NCBI GenBank assembly: GCA_050949315.1 | Contig: JBMNFL010000001.1 | Location: forward strand, 800,001-864,000 | Length of the DNA: 64,000 bases | Direction of reading: 5' to 3' | Source of the DNA: Bacilli bacterium | GTDB taxonomy: Bacteria > Bacillota_I > Bacilli_A > RFN20 > UBA1709 | Shown: positions 40,781 to 52,399 of the stretch, one piece after another | Layout of the letters: every line of letters begins with the position of its first letter | Numbering within the stretch: the first letter of the stretch is position 1 | Notes under the pieces: generated by a model | Told to the model about the DNA's origin: nothing | Databases searched by the model: none | The model's input: only the letters and a program-made list of their open reading frames with translations | Position numbers and translations under genes: made by a program

Positions 40781-42370
40781 ATGAAGTTTAGAAAAATTTT
40801 ATGTATTTTAACATTTCTCATATTATTAACTGGTTGTGGCCCGATTTTTAGTAGTTATAGTAGTAGTTCAACAAGTAGTGTTTCCACTACTTCTAGTTCT
40901 TTATCTTCTACCAGTTCCAGCGTCAATAATAAAACCTTAACAATTTATGCTATTAACGATTTTCATGGAGCCGTTAAAGAAGCGAATATTGTTAGATTAG
41001 GCTCCTATTTGAAAGAAAAGAAGCAGAGTGAAGATGCCTTACTAATAAACTCTGGTGATTATTGGCAAGGTTCTATCGAATCTAATCATAATCGTGGGAA
41101 ACTATTGACCGATGTTTCTAATTATGTCCAATTTGATTGTTTAACTTTAGGCAATCATGAGTTTGATTGGGGTCAAAAATATATTCGCGAAAATAGATTG
41201 CGCAAGGATGAGGAAAGTTTTTATCAAACACCATTTTTAGCAGCCAATATTTATCGTTATGATTTAGCAACTAAGACCATAGGCGAATATGCTGATCTAG
41301 GAGAAAAATATGTAATAAGGGAACTAAATAATGGTTTAAAAGTAGGGATTATTGGTGTAATTGGTTCTAATCTAACAGCTTCGATAACTTCAACCCATGT
41401 TGATGATTTAATCTTTGTTGATCCAGTAAATACTATCAAAGAACTATCCGATGAGTTAAGAGTCCAAAAGAGTTGTGATGTTGTTATTGCCAGTTGTCAC
41501 TGTGATGAAGATGATATCAGTGAAGAGTTAACCTTGAAGAGTTCAGTTAGTAATAGACGTTATGTGGATGCTGTATTTTGTGGACATAGTCATCAGGATG
41601 AATACAAAGTTGTTAATGATGTTCCTTATATCCAAACCAATGGTTATGGCAGTTCAATCAGTTATATTAAATTAGAAGAGAAAAGTGATAATAGTTTCCA
41701 AACTATTAATTGTTATAACATCGTTCCCGAAGATTTAATAGTTAATGAAGACGTTAAACTAAAAACACTAGTAAAAAATTATACAGATGTAAGCGATAGT
41801 TTAGCTAGTGAAGTATTATGTACGTTCAGTGGCGGTTTTCACTATTTAGAACAACTACCAAATCTTGTTTGCACAGCTTTGGCTTACTATGCGGTTAAGA
41901 ATGATATAAGTGTTGATTATACTATGGTTAATCGTTCGCGTTGTAGTTTGGCTAATCGAAGTATTACGTATGGTGATTTATATCGAGCCCTACCTTTTGA
42001 TAATGAGGTTCAGATAGTTGAGGTCTTAGGTCAAGATTTACTTAATTGTGCTAGAAGTAATAATATCTATCGTTTCAATCCCGAGGCTATTAATAAGAGT
42101 CAAGTTTATAAAATAGCGGTTATTGATTATTTATCTACTCATCGTAATTCAAATCGCGAATATGATAATTTTCCTAATTTAAAAATTATTGGTAGTTTCA
42201 CTAAAGAAGGAGAAGATCTTTATAATTATCGCGATATAACAGCCGATTTCTTAAGAAACTTTAGAGAGGAAACTTTAGACAGCAGCTCCTTCAATTCAGA
42301 TTCAGATTATTATAATGTCAACAATTTAGAAAAAAGTGTTGTTTTACCATCCAATCCCTACCTTAGTTAA
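40781..42370 (+). CDS. 5'-nucleotidase/metallophosphoesterase lipoprotein
   Basis: Lipobox LTGC, Ser-rich linker, NDFHG, SGD, GNHEFD, GHSH, LPFDN. Confidence 0.88.
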   Translation: MKFRKILCILTFLILLTGCGPIFSSYSSSSTSSVSTTSSSLSSTSSSVNNKTLTIYAINDFHGAVKEANIVRLGSYLKEKKQSEDALLINSGDYWQGSIESNHNRGKLLTDVSNYVQFDCLTLGNHEFDWGQKYIRENRLRKDEESFYQTPFLAANIYRYDLATKTIGEYADLGEKYVIRELNNGLKVGIIGVIGSNLTASITSTHVDDLIFVDPVNTIKELSDELRVQKSCDVVIASCHCDEDDISEELTLKSSVSNRRYVDAVFCGHSHQDEYKVVNDVPYIQTNGYGSSISYIKLEEKSDNSFQTINCYNIVPEDLIVNEDVKLKTLVKNYTDVSDSLASEVLCTFSGGFHYLEQLPNLVCTALAYYAVKNDISVDYTMVNRSRCSLANRSITYGDLYRALPFDNEVQIVEVLGQDLLNCARSNNIYRFNPEAINKSQVYKIAVIDYLSTHRNSNREYDNFPNLKIIGSFTKEGEDLYNYRDITADFLRNFREETLDSSSFNSDSDYYNVNNLEKSVVLPSNPYLS

Positions 42371-42430
42371 ATATTGATTAAATTTTAAAAGATGATAAAA
42401 TGATTAAGAATAGTTAAAGGAGAAGAAAAA

Positions 42431-42682
42431 ATGCTTGAATATAAATTTGATACCCAGTTATTAATTGCCGGGGATAATTTGTCGGAAGACGAAATCTTTG
42501 ATTGGATTACCGCCAATATTGAGGGCGATTGCCTTTTAGCAGTTGGTGATGAAGAATTGATTAAAATTCATTTTCACACCAATACTCCTTGGCGCGTCTT
42601 AGAATATGCGGCATCGTTAGGCGAAATCTACGATATTGTTGTTGAAAACATGGAAAGACAAGCCAGCGGATTAAAGGGGTAA
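42431..42682 (+). CDS. Stand-alone FakA/DAK2 middle-domain-like protein
   Basis: GDCLLAVGDEELIKIHFHTNTP...VENMERQ. Confidence 0.75.
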   Translation: MLEYKFDTQLLIAGDNLSEDEIFDWITANIEGDCLLAVGDEELIKIHFHTNTPWRVLEYAASLGEIYDIVVENMERQASGLKG

Positions 42683-42854
42683 TAACAAGTAGAAAATAAA
42701 AGTCCATCTGGACTTTTTCTTTTTAAAAAAGTATGGAAAAAGGCTAGGAATAATTAAATCGACCCTTTATTTAAAAATCAAAATTAAGATATATCAGAAG
42801 CTTTCTCAAAGTGTAACATATGTCTTGATAGTTGAGGTCAAAAAAATGTAATAA

Positions 42855-42896
42855 TTTTCAACATATGTTGAAAAAACCAAGCCTTCTTAATATAAT
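42855..42896 (+). promoter_or_regulatory. SigA promoter overlapped by a perfect 20-bp palindrome
   Basis: TTTTCAACATATGTTGAAAA (42855-42874); TTGAAA-17 nt-TATAAT. Confidence 0.7.
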
Positions 42897-42903
42897 AAAA
42901 AGT

Positions 42904-43983
42904 ATGATAAAAGCGAAATATTTAGTCAGTGCCTGCTTAGCAGGAAGCAAATGCCGTTACGATGGCAAAAGCAATTATAACAAACGAGTAGCCACCCTTG
43001 TTAAAGAGGGCTTCGGTCTTTTAATTTGCCCTGAAGTTATGGGAGGTTTAAGCATCCCGCGGGTTTGTTGTGAACAACAAGGGAAACGCGTTATTAATAA
43101 AGATGGTCTTGATAAGACTCTTGAGTTTGAAAAAGGTGCCAAGAAAGTCCTTAAATATGCTAGGCAAAAAGGCATAAAGAAAGCCATTTTAAAAACTAAT
43201 AGCCCTTCTTGTGGTATTGAGCAAGTTTATGATGGCAGTTTTAGTCGTAAATTAATCGCTGGGCAAGGTGTTTGTGCCAAACTTTTGGCAGCCAATGGTT
43301 TTGAACTCTACAGTGAAAAAACCAAACCCTATTATGATGTCGTAATTGTGGCGGCTGGTAGTGGAAGGCGAGCGGAATTAGGTTATAACAAAATGTTCTA
43401 TCACAGTGGTTATATGACGGTTATTGAAAGTGCTGTTGAACCTTTTGTCAGTGACTATTTATGCAATCAAGTCATTGTTGTTTGTCAACCCGAAGAACGC
43501 GTTTTCTTTACTTCTTTACTACCCTTTGAAAAGGTTAAATATGCCGATGGTGGGGCTTCGCGAGAGGAAAGTGTATATAATGGGGTCAAATTAGTAAAAA
43601 GCCCCAATGTTTTAATTCATGATGGCGCGCGGGCTTATTTAACAGAAAAGCTTGTTGGGCGCTTATTGAAGGAACTTCAAAAAGGACGTTCTTGTATCGT
43701 TCCTTACTTAATAAAAACTGATGATCAAAAAGATTATATAAGCGAAGGTAAAGCCATTCAAACACCACAAGCTTTTAAAACGGGGAAACTCTTAAAAGTT
43801 TTAGAAAAAGCCAAGGATAATTTGGCCGATTATCGTGATGAAAGCAGTATTGTTAAGGCGTATAGTCGCATGAAAGTAAATTATATTATCGGCGAGGAAA
43901 GCAATTTGAAATTGACCGATAAAGAAGATTTAGTAAAATGGGCGGAATGGCAACGCGAAGAGGAAAGAAAAAGTGAAGATTAG
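42904..43983 (+). CDS. DUF523 (TudS-like 2-thiouracil desulfurase)-IspD cytidylyltransferase fusion
   Basis: VSACL..CRYDG, CPEVMGG, SPSCG, then AAGSGRR, GGASREESV, LIHDGAR, QTPQAF, NLKLT. Confidence 0.85.
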   Translation: MIKAKYLVSACLAGSKCRYDGKSNYNKRVATLVKEGFGLLICPEVMGGLSIPRVCCEQQGKRVINKDGLDKTLEFEKGAKKVLKYARQKGIKKAILKTNSPSCGIEQVYDGSFSRKLIAGQGVCAKLLAANGFELYSEKTKPYYDVVIVAAGSGRRAELGYNKMFYHSGYMTVIESAVEPFVSDYLCNQVIVVCQPEERVFFTSLLPFEKVKYADGGASREESVYNGVKLVKSPNVLIHDGARAYLTEKLVGRLLKELQKGRSCIVPYLIKTDDQKDYISEGKAIQTPQAFKTGKLLKVLEKAKDNLADYRDESSIVKAYSRMKVNYIIGEESNLKLTDKEDLVKWAEWQREEERKSED

Positions 43984-44902
43984 AGTTAGTAAAGAAGTTC
44001 AAAAGGCTTTAGATACTAAGAGTCCCATCGTTGCTTTAGAATCAACGATTATTTCGCATGGTATGCCTTATCCCGAAAATATTAAAACGGCCCTAAAGGT
44101 GGAAGAAGAAATTAGAAAAAATGGCGCAATTCCAGCAACTATTGCTGTTTTAGATGGCGAATGCGTAATTGGTCTTAGTTCTAAAGAAATAAAAGCCTTT
44201 GGTCAAAGAAAGGATCTTTTAAAGGTTAGCCGTCGAGATTTAGCCTATGTCGTAGCCAAAAAATTAAGTGGGGGAACAACGGTAGCTGCCACTTTATTTT
44301 TAGCCGAAAAAGTGGGCATTAAAGTGTTTGTAACGGGAGGCATTGGCGGAGTTCATCGTGGTGCCCAAACAAGTTTTGATATCTCAGCCGATTTAGATGA
44401 ATTGGCTAACAGTTCACTGACTCTTATTTGTGCGGGAGCTAAAGCCATTTTAGATTTACCCTTAACTTTGGAATATTTAGAGACAAAAGGTGTCGCGGTT
44501 TATGGTTATAAAACAACTAAACTTCCGGCTTTTTATAGTTCAGATAGTCCTTACAAGGTTGATTATAAACTGGATAGTCCTGAAGAAATCGCCTTGGTAA
44601 TGGCAAGTAAAGAAGCTTTAAAGATTAAGGGCGGACTTTTAATTGCTAATCCTTTACCAGATGCTTATTCCTGTGACTATGAAGAGATGGAAAGATATAT
44701 TAAAAAGGCTTTGGTGAGTTTAGAAAAAGAAGGGATTTATGGTAAAGAAACAACACCCTATCTTTTAACTAAAATAGCCGAGTTAAGTGGTGGTAAGAGT
44801 TTAGAAAGCAATATTGCTTTAATTATCAATAATGCCCAGTTAGGCGCCAAGATTGCTTGTGCCTACTTTAAATTACAGAAAGAAGGTGACCACGATGGTT
44901 AG
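43973..44902 (+). CDS. psuG: Pseudouridine-5'-phosphate glycosidase
   Basis: VALESTIISHGMPYP, KVSRRD, TGGIGGVHRG, DISADL. Confidence 0.95.
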   Translation: MKIRVSKEVQKALDTKSPIVALESTIISHGMPYPENIKTALKVEEEIRKNGAIPATIAVLDGECVIGLSSKEIKAFGQRKDLLKVSRRDLAYVVAKKLSGGTTVAATLFLAEKVGIKVFVTGGIGGVHRGAQTSFDISADLDELANSSLTLICAGAKAILDLPLTLEYLETKGVAVYGYKTTKLPAFYSSDSPYKVDYKLDSPEEIALVMASKEALKIKGGLLIANPLPDAYSCDYEEMERYIKKALVSLEKEGIYGKETTPYLLTKIAELSGGKSLESNIALIINNAQLGAKIACAYFKLQKEGDHDG

Positions 44903-45419
44903 AGTTCGTTCTAATATCCTTTTTAAGGATTATGTGAATTACGTTTTTATGGCTTTAAAAAAGAAAAAAATCATTTTAGTTGCGATGATTGTTTGCGCTG
45001 CTGCCATAGTTTTTTTGGCCATCAATTTAATTATTAATGCGACAAAAGGCAATTTGCAATTTATTAATTATTTACCTTTATTTGTTATTGTGGCCTTATT
45101 AATCTTTTATTTTGGTTTATTTTACGGAATGACATCAAAACAATATCGTAGAGGCAAACTTTCTTTCCAAGAAGAGAGCGATTATATCTTTTTGAACAAT
45201 AAATTCGTAATTGCTAGAGCGGGAACCGATAGTGGTTATGATATTTTTTATAATTCAATTATTGAAATTATTGAAACTAAGAAACGCCTTTATTTTTTCG
45301 TTGCTGACAATAAATCTTTTATGATAAAAAAAGAAAATTTCATCAGTGGAGACATTGTCAAATTAAGATCCTTGCTTACTGAACAGTGTAAAACAGCTAA
45401 GAAACGGTTGAAAAAGTAG
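44895..45419 (+). CDS. YcxB-like two-TM membrane protein
   Basis: Two TMs followed by a small beta domain (YNSIIEIIETK..FMIKKENF). Confidence 0.6.
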   Translation: MVRVRSNILFKDYVNYVFMALKKKKIILVAMIVCAAAIVFLAINLIINATKGNLQFINYLPLFVIVALLIFYFGLFYGMTSKQYRRGKLSFQEESDYIFLNNKFVIARAGTDSGYDIFYNSIIEIIETKKRLYFFVADNKSFMIKKENFISGDIVKLRSLLTEQCKTAKKRLKK

Positions 45420-46508
45420 GTGAACTTTATGATTGGGGAAAAGGAAAAAATCTTTTTAGCAGAAATCTTTGTTAAGGACATCAACAATCATTTTCTATTT
45501 GATGTTTTAGAAAACTACATTTTAGCTAAACCCGAAAATGTAGCGCTTATTTCGCAACTTTTTTCCTGTCCAATCGATAAAATTGGAACAAGTCAAGTAA
45601 TCTACTTACTCAGTAAAGTCGTAGTTGCCATCCACCGTGCCAATAAGTTAATGATGAGTGCAAATGAAGAAAAGAACGCCTTAAAATCTGAAACATATAA
45701 AGAAGAATTAGCCAGTGAAACAATGGAACAAGCCCGCATTGCCCCTTTAAATTTACAGGGCTTAGAAAACACCAACACTTTCTTAAATGAGCCCTATGTG
45801 GCACCCGCCTTTATTTATTCTAATATTATTGTTCATGCTATCGTGGACAATCGTGATTTATCTTTAAAGGAAATAAAGAAAAATAAAGTGACCATCAATC
45901 TTATTTATGAAGCTTGTAAATCGGTAATTTCCATTATGGTTTTGTTCCAACTAGGTGCCCATTCCCAAGCGATTACAGTCTATCGCAATCTCTTAGAGCA
46001 GATGGTCAAATTGAAGATCATAGAGTTATATCCTGAAACCCGAGCATCCTATTGCCGTTTTTGTGATTATAATGTCGCCTATCAAAATGGCCGGCCCTCA
46101 AAACAGTTTTTAAAAGAGCTTGAAGAAAAGAAAATTCGTAAAGCCTGGACTCAAAACTTTTTGATGTATGGTTGGTTAGATGCTATCGACACTTACAATC
46201 ACAACTATAGTTTTAAGTCAGCGACTGACTTATTTAGCGACGGCCCCAACATTTATAAACTCTATGAATACGCTAGTCGTTTCACTCATTCCATTCACAT
46301 TGGTTTAGAGTATAATTGGGAAAATTTAAAATATTATTTTTTGATCAATACTTTAAGTCTCTTCCGCTTTGTGGCGGACACTTATCGAAAATATACGAAA
46401 AATAAAGAAGAAATCGTCAATGGTATCAATATTTATGATTTAATGGTTAAAAATGGCGATCGCTTACAAAAAATAGTTTCTTATTTAAGTACAACACAAT
46501 TCGCTTAA
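45420..46508 (+). CDS. Hypothetical protein with DUF5677-like C-terminal domain
   Basis: AITVYRNLLE and LYEYASRFTHS pattern. Confidence 0.5.
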   Translation: MNFMIGEKEKIFLAEIFVKDINNHFLFDVLENYILAKPENVALISQLFSCPIDKIGTSQVIYLLSKVVVAIHRANKLMMSANEEKNALKSETYKEELASETMEQARIAPLNLQGLENTNTFLNEPYVAPAFIYSNIIVHAIVDNRDLSLKEIKKNKVTINLIYEACKSVISIMVLFQLGAHSQAITVYRNLLEQMVKLKIIELYPETRASYCRFCDYNVAYQNGRPSKQFLKELEEKKIRKAWTQNFLMYGWLDAIDTYNHNYSFKSATDLFSDGPNIYKLYEYASRFTHSIHIGLEYNWENLKYYFLINTLSLFRFVADTYRKYTKNKEEIVNGINIYDLMVKNGDRLQKIVSYLSTTQFA

Positions 46509-46537
46509 GATATGGTACAATGTAAAACGTTGAGGGG

Positions 46538-46945
46538 TTGAAAGAAATGCGCGACGAAAAAGTTATAGCCATGCAAAAAGTTGATAACGCAAATTTTGAG
46601 ATGAAAATTTATGTCATCAATTTTGGAGCCCCGGTTTACAAAAGAAAATATCGTTATTTACCAACGACAATTGAAGTGGATTATACGCCTTTAAAAGAAG
46701 GAAAACGCTTGAGTTTTTCTATTAGAGGTTGGAGTGAAGACTGTTTTAAAAAGAGAATGCACTTAGGTGGTTATGCGACAGGGACAACATCTTTTCCCTT
46801 AAAAAAGCGCTTTGTCATCAAAGTGCCTTGTGATTTAGTTCATGAAGTTCAGAAAATCATTTTTTTGGTTGAGGTTTATAGCAATTTGATAACACATAAA
46901 GGCATCAAAAGAGAGTTTACAATTCGGCATAAAATAGAAGACTAG
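46538..46945 (+). CDS. Hypothetical protein
   Basis: ORF in a co-oriented run, preceded by TGgTACAAT and gagggg. Confidence 0.6.
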   Translation: MKEMRDEKVIAMQKVDNANFEMKIYVINFGAPVYKRKYRYLPTTIEVDYTPLKEGKRLSFSIRGWSEDCFKKRMHLGGYATGTTSFPLKKRFVIKVPCDLVHEVQKIIFLVEVYSNLITHKGIKREFTIRHKIED

Positions 46946-46967
46946 CTAAAAGCCAGGCGTTTTCTAA

Positions 46968-48605
<1,638 letters not shown>

Positions 48606-48607
48606 AA

Positions 48608-48952
48608 ATGGAAAAGAAGAAACACTTGTATATCCTTTGGACTAATCCAGATCCTTTGACAGCGAAGTTAATGGTAATGATGTATGCGACCAATAGTCTT
48701 CTAAGAGAATGGTGGGAAGAGGTTACCGTTTGTATTTGGGGTGCGACCACTAAATTGGTTGCGGAGAATTTAGAAATCCAAGCCGAAGTTTTAAAAGCCC
48801 AGAAAGCTGGTGTTAAGTTTGAGGCTTGTATTGCCTGTGCTAGAGAACTTGGCGTGATTGAGGATTTAGAAAAATTAGGTGTTAAGGTCTTTTCTTGGGG
48901 CCCAGAATTAACAGAACGTTTAAAAAATGATGACAAACTAATCACCGTTTAG
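48608..48952 (+). CDS. DsrE-family protein
   Basis: LYILWTN, WWEEVTVCIWG, ACIACA. Confidence 0.8.
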   Translation: MEKKKHLYILWTNPDPLTAKLMVMMYATNSLLREWWEEVTVCIWGATTKLVAENLEIQAEVLKAQKAGVKFEACIACARELGVIEDLEKLGVKVFSWGPELTERLKNDDKLITV

Positions 48953-48998
48953 TTATAATAATCATTGTTTAGTTGCAAGTTATTTAAGAGGAGGAAAA

Positions 48999-49517
48999 AT
49001 GGAAAAGAAATTAGAAGACTATGTATTAACCATTCCTGATTTTCCCGAGCCGGGCACGATGTTTAGGGACATCACTTCGGTACTCCAAAGCTCCGAAGGT
49101 CTAAATTTAGCCATTAAGGAATTGGAGAAAGTTGTTAAGAACTTAGATTTTGATCTAGTTGCTGGAACGGAGTCGCGCGGCTTTATTTTTGGTATGCCTA
49201 TCGCCTACAATCTGCGCAAGCCTTTTATTCCCGTTCGCAAAAAGGGAAAATTACCTCGCGAAACTTTAGCCATTGATTATAATTTAGAATATGGTAAAGC
49301 CACTTTAGAGATTCATAAAGATGCGATTCTTAAGGGACAAAGAGTTGTTTTAATTGATGATCTTATCGCTACAGGAGGCACCTTAGCGGCGGCCATTAAA
49401 CTGATTGAAAAATTAGGAGGCCTCGTCGTTGCGGTAGTGGTTTTAATGGAATTAGAAAGCATGCATGGTCGCAGAGCCCTTAAAAATTATCCTTTATATT
49501 CTATTCTTAAATATTAA
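48999..49517 (+). CDS. apt: Adenine phosphoribosyltransferase
   Basis: IPDFP, ESRGF, RKKGKLP, IDDLIATGGT. Confidence 0.96.
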   Translation: MEKKLEDYVLTIPDFPEPGTMFRDITSVLQSSEGLNLAIKELEKVVKNLDFDLVAGTESRGFIFGMPIAYNLRKPFIPVRKKGKLPRETLAIDYNLEYGKATLEIHKDAILKGQRVVLIDDLIATGGTLAAAIKLIEKLGGLVVAVVVLMELESMHGRRALKNYPLYSILKY

Positions 49518-49562
49518 ATAACTGACAAATAAAACTCTCCTGCAAGAGTTTTTTTGTTTATT

Positions 49563-50915
49563 CTAAAAGGGTAACATTAAATCTTCACGAGGACTTCTTT
49601 CCGCCTGTCCTAGAATTAAAACCAAGATAAAAAGATAAACAAAATTAAAATAAGAAACATCAATCAATCCGTAAAGTCCGCTGCCTACCATCCCAAAAAG
49701 AACTAGAGTTTTAAATGTATTACGCCTAAATAATAAGATGAAATACTTTTGAATAAAGTGAAGGCCATAAGCCGCGCAGCCCACTAAACCTAGCTTAGCC
49801 ATAATATCAAGAACAGTTGAGTGATAAAAACCAATTACTGCATCGGTACTAGCGCTGTAATTAGTACCTTCTCCCAAAAGTCGGTTATTTTTAAAGGTTT
49901 CTATAGCTTTAGGATATAAAGGATCAGGTCCATCCCAACGCCCCGAACTATCAAAAATGCCCTCTTCAATAAGGGTATCTAAAAAGTGTTGAGCATGGAT
50001 TTTAACGATGTCCCAACTATGGACACATAAACCTGTTATCAAAACTAAAGAGAGTAGACAATAAAGTACCAAAAGCTTTTTTTGTTTCTTCTTGGTTTTT
50101 TTGAAAACATAGATAAGAGTGATGATAAAAGTTGGGATTAAAACCCCAATACCCCCTCGTGAAAGGGTGGCAAGACAAGCTAGGAATTGTAAGAAGAGTA
50201 ACAAGACATGGATGGGGTTAATTCTGTCTTGTAAAAGAGAGTAGGCACTAACAGGTATAATCATTACTAAAATTAGGGCGATGGTATTAGTATTGGCCCA
50301 TTTGACTGAAAGGCTATCAAAGGGACTATGGGCGTCGAAATAGTTAGAAAACACTTGAAAAGCAATTACTGTTCCCATATAAAGCAAGGTTTTAGCAAAA
50401 TACCGATTATCCACTCTGTTATTCGTAAAAGAGAGAATAAGATACATAAAAAGAATAACGGCGTAGGCTAAAACATCGCTATGTCGATAGACGAAAATCA
50501 CATCAACACCATTGGTATTAGTGCCACTTAGGAACATGGAAACGCCAATGGCTATAAAACCAAGTAGTAGCCAGCAGGAATTAAATTTAAAATTACGAAG
50601 CAAAAAATAAACACTTTCAACAATGATTAGAACTGCTAAAAGTGCAAGATAAGCTAAGGGTAGTTCGGCTAAGATCTCTGCGTTATTTAAGCCATGGATA
50701 TCTGTCCTAGCGATATTCATTATTAAGGCGGCTATGGTTAAAGCCAGTAGTGGTGAAGAATCATCTTGAGTGAAGACAATGGCTGAATAAACAACAAAAA
50801 TAAAGGTTCCGCTTATAATTGGTGAGAAACCCAGGGTCCAATTTAAAATGGTAAATAGAGCGATAAATAAAAGATAATATTCACTGCGGAAAAAAGCATT
50901 AAAAACCTTTTTCAT
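49563..50915 (-). CDS. O-antigen ligase/Wzy-like membrane protein
   Basis: Multi-TM; NTN, TLSRGG, SSGRW, GEG, YHS motifs. Confidence 0.75.
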   Translation of the reverse strand: MKKVFNAFFRSEYYLLFIALFTILNWTLGFSPIISGTFIFVVYSAIVFTQDDSSPLLALTIAALIMNIARTDIHGLNNAEILAELPLAYLALLAVLIIVESVYFLLRNFKFNSCWLLLGFIAIGVSMFLSGTNTNGVDVIFVYRHSDVLAYAVILFMYLILSFTNNRVDNRYFAKTLLYMGTVIAFQVFSNYFDAHSPFDSLSVKWANTNTIALILVMIIPVSAYSLLQDRINPIHVLLLFLQFLACLATLSRGGIGVLIPTFIITLIYVFKKTKKKQKKLLVLYCLLSLVLITGLCVHSWDIVKIHAQHFLDTLIEEGIFDSSGRWDGPDPLYPKAIETFKNNRLLGEGTNYSASTDAVIGFYHSTVLDIMAKLGLVGCAAYGLHFIQKYFILLFRRNTFKTLVLFGMVGSGLYGLIDVSYFNFVYLFILVLILGQAERSPREDLMLPF

Positions 50916-51017
50916 CCAAGCATCACCTTATTGATTATAATAAACTTAAATAAAAGTAGCAATTAAAAGAAAAAGTTCTTATCTTGAATAAAGGGTGTGC
51001 TATAATTAACTAGCAAT

Positions 51018-51094
51018 CGGGGTGTAGCGCAGCTTGGTAGCGCGTTTGGTTCGGGACCAAAAGGCCGCGAGTTCGAATCTCGCCACTCCGACCA
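51018..51094 (+). tRNA. tRNA-Pro(CGG)
   Basis: Cloverleaf; tttgg-ttCGGga-ccaaa; TTCGAAT loop; CCA; TGcTATAAT upstream and terminator at 51105-51131. Confidence 0.96.
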
Positions 51095-51264
51095 ATTAAG
51101 AAAAGAAGTCTAGAAAAAACTAGACTTTTTTGAATAATTTTAAAGAAAGAAAGCGAAATAAAAACAAGGCTAACGCAGAAAAATGCGGAATCCGCAAAAA
51201 TATTAAATAGAGAAACTAGACTTTTATCTATTTTAAAAGGTAAAATTAAAAGGAGGTTTAAAAG

Positions 51265-52122
51265 ATGAAATTTATCAACGCAATCACAACGATTAATAAA
51301 GTGTTTCCTAACGGAGTTTTTAATTTAGAGAAATGGAAAGAATATATCCATTTTTATTTACCAGATAAGAGCCACCTTTTCTTAGAAGACATGCAAGAAG
51401 TCTTATCTAAGGGTTTTAGTTATGATAAAGACTATCTTCCCTTATTTCAAAGGGTTTATGAGGATAGCAAAACGCGTTTAGAAATTGTAAAGAATTTTGA
51501 ATCAATCACTACGGGTTTAAATGAAAAGATTCAACAAACATTTAAACGAAGCATTGAGGCCACCATCATGCTTTATCTAGGTCTTGGTAATGGGGCGGGG
51601 TGGGCCTTAGAAATTGACGACAAGGCTTATGTTCTTTTAGGGATTGAAAAAATTATGGAATTAAACTGGGGTGATAAAAAAACTTTAACTAGTTTAATTA
51701 ATCATGAATTAGGACATCTTTATCAAGCACAGTATGGTGTTTTAGCAAGAACTTTTAAAAAGCCTAGTTCGCACTTCCTTTGGCAACTATTTACTGAGGG
51801 GGTGGCCATGTATTTTGAACAGACATTGCTTAATGATTATGATTATTTTCATCAGGATAAAGATGGCTGGTTAAGTTGGTGTGAACAAAATCAAAAAAGC
51901 ATCAAAGAAGACTTTGCTAAAGATTTAGAAAGTATGAGTTTTTCTAATCAACGTTATTTTGGTGATTGGGTTTATTATCAGGGTAAAAGTGATGTGGGTT
52001 ACTATCTAGGTGCGCGCTTTGTTCAGTTCATCTGTCGCAAATTTTTATTTGCGGATATTTTAAGATTTTCTCTAAAACAGGTGCAAAAAGAGTTCAATTG
52101 TTTCATAAAAGCCGATGAATAA
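51265..52122 (+). CDS. Putative Zn-dependent protease (DUF2268-like gluzincin)
   Basis: HELGH...EGVA and GYYLG motifs. Confidence 0.65.
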   Translation: MKFINAITTINKVFPNGVFNLEKWKEYIHFYLPDKSHLFLEDMQEVLSKGFSYDKDYLPLFQRVYEDSKTRLEIVKNFESITTGLNEKIQQTFKRSIEATIMLYLGLGNGAGWALEIDDKAYVLLGIEKIMELNWGDKKTLTSLINHELGHLYQAQYGVLARTFKKPSSHFLWQLFTEGVAMYFEQTLLNDYDYFHQDKDGWLSWCEQNQKSIKEDFAKDLESMSFSNQRYFGDWVYYQGKSDVGYYLGARFVQFICRKFLFADILRFSLKQVQKEFNCFIKADE

Positions 52123-52237
52123 TAATCAAAAAAGGTGCTAAAAATCAAGGAATTTAGTAAAAAAAGCAAAAAAAATAAAAAAAAGTGAAAAATTTTTAAA
52201 AAAAGGTTTGCAATCTCTAAAAATATATGTTTTAATA

Positions 52238-52306
52238 TGCTCGGCAAAGCTATGGAAACATAGTGACGCAAAGCTATAGGGCCTCAAATGGTAGCCAGTT
52301 GCACGA
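52238..52306 (+). ncRNA. c-di-GMP-I (GEMM-I) riboswitch
   Basis: GGCAAA-gctatg-GAAA-catagt-GACGCAAAGCTATAGGGCCT...GGTAGCCAGTTGC consensus; TTGCAA-17 nt-TTTAAT promoter just upstream. Confidence 0.9.
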
Positions 52307-52399
52307 AAGGTCGACAATTGGTTAATATTTGAGGCCTTTTAGTTTCTAAGGAGGGAAGAAGTTTAACAACAAAACACCAAAACCTTAGAAAAAGCCAGA

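Noticed and set aside
40850-40925. AGT/TCT-rich repeat
   Set aside because: Encodes the Ser/Thr linker of a lipoprotein
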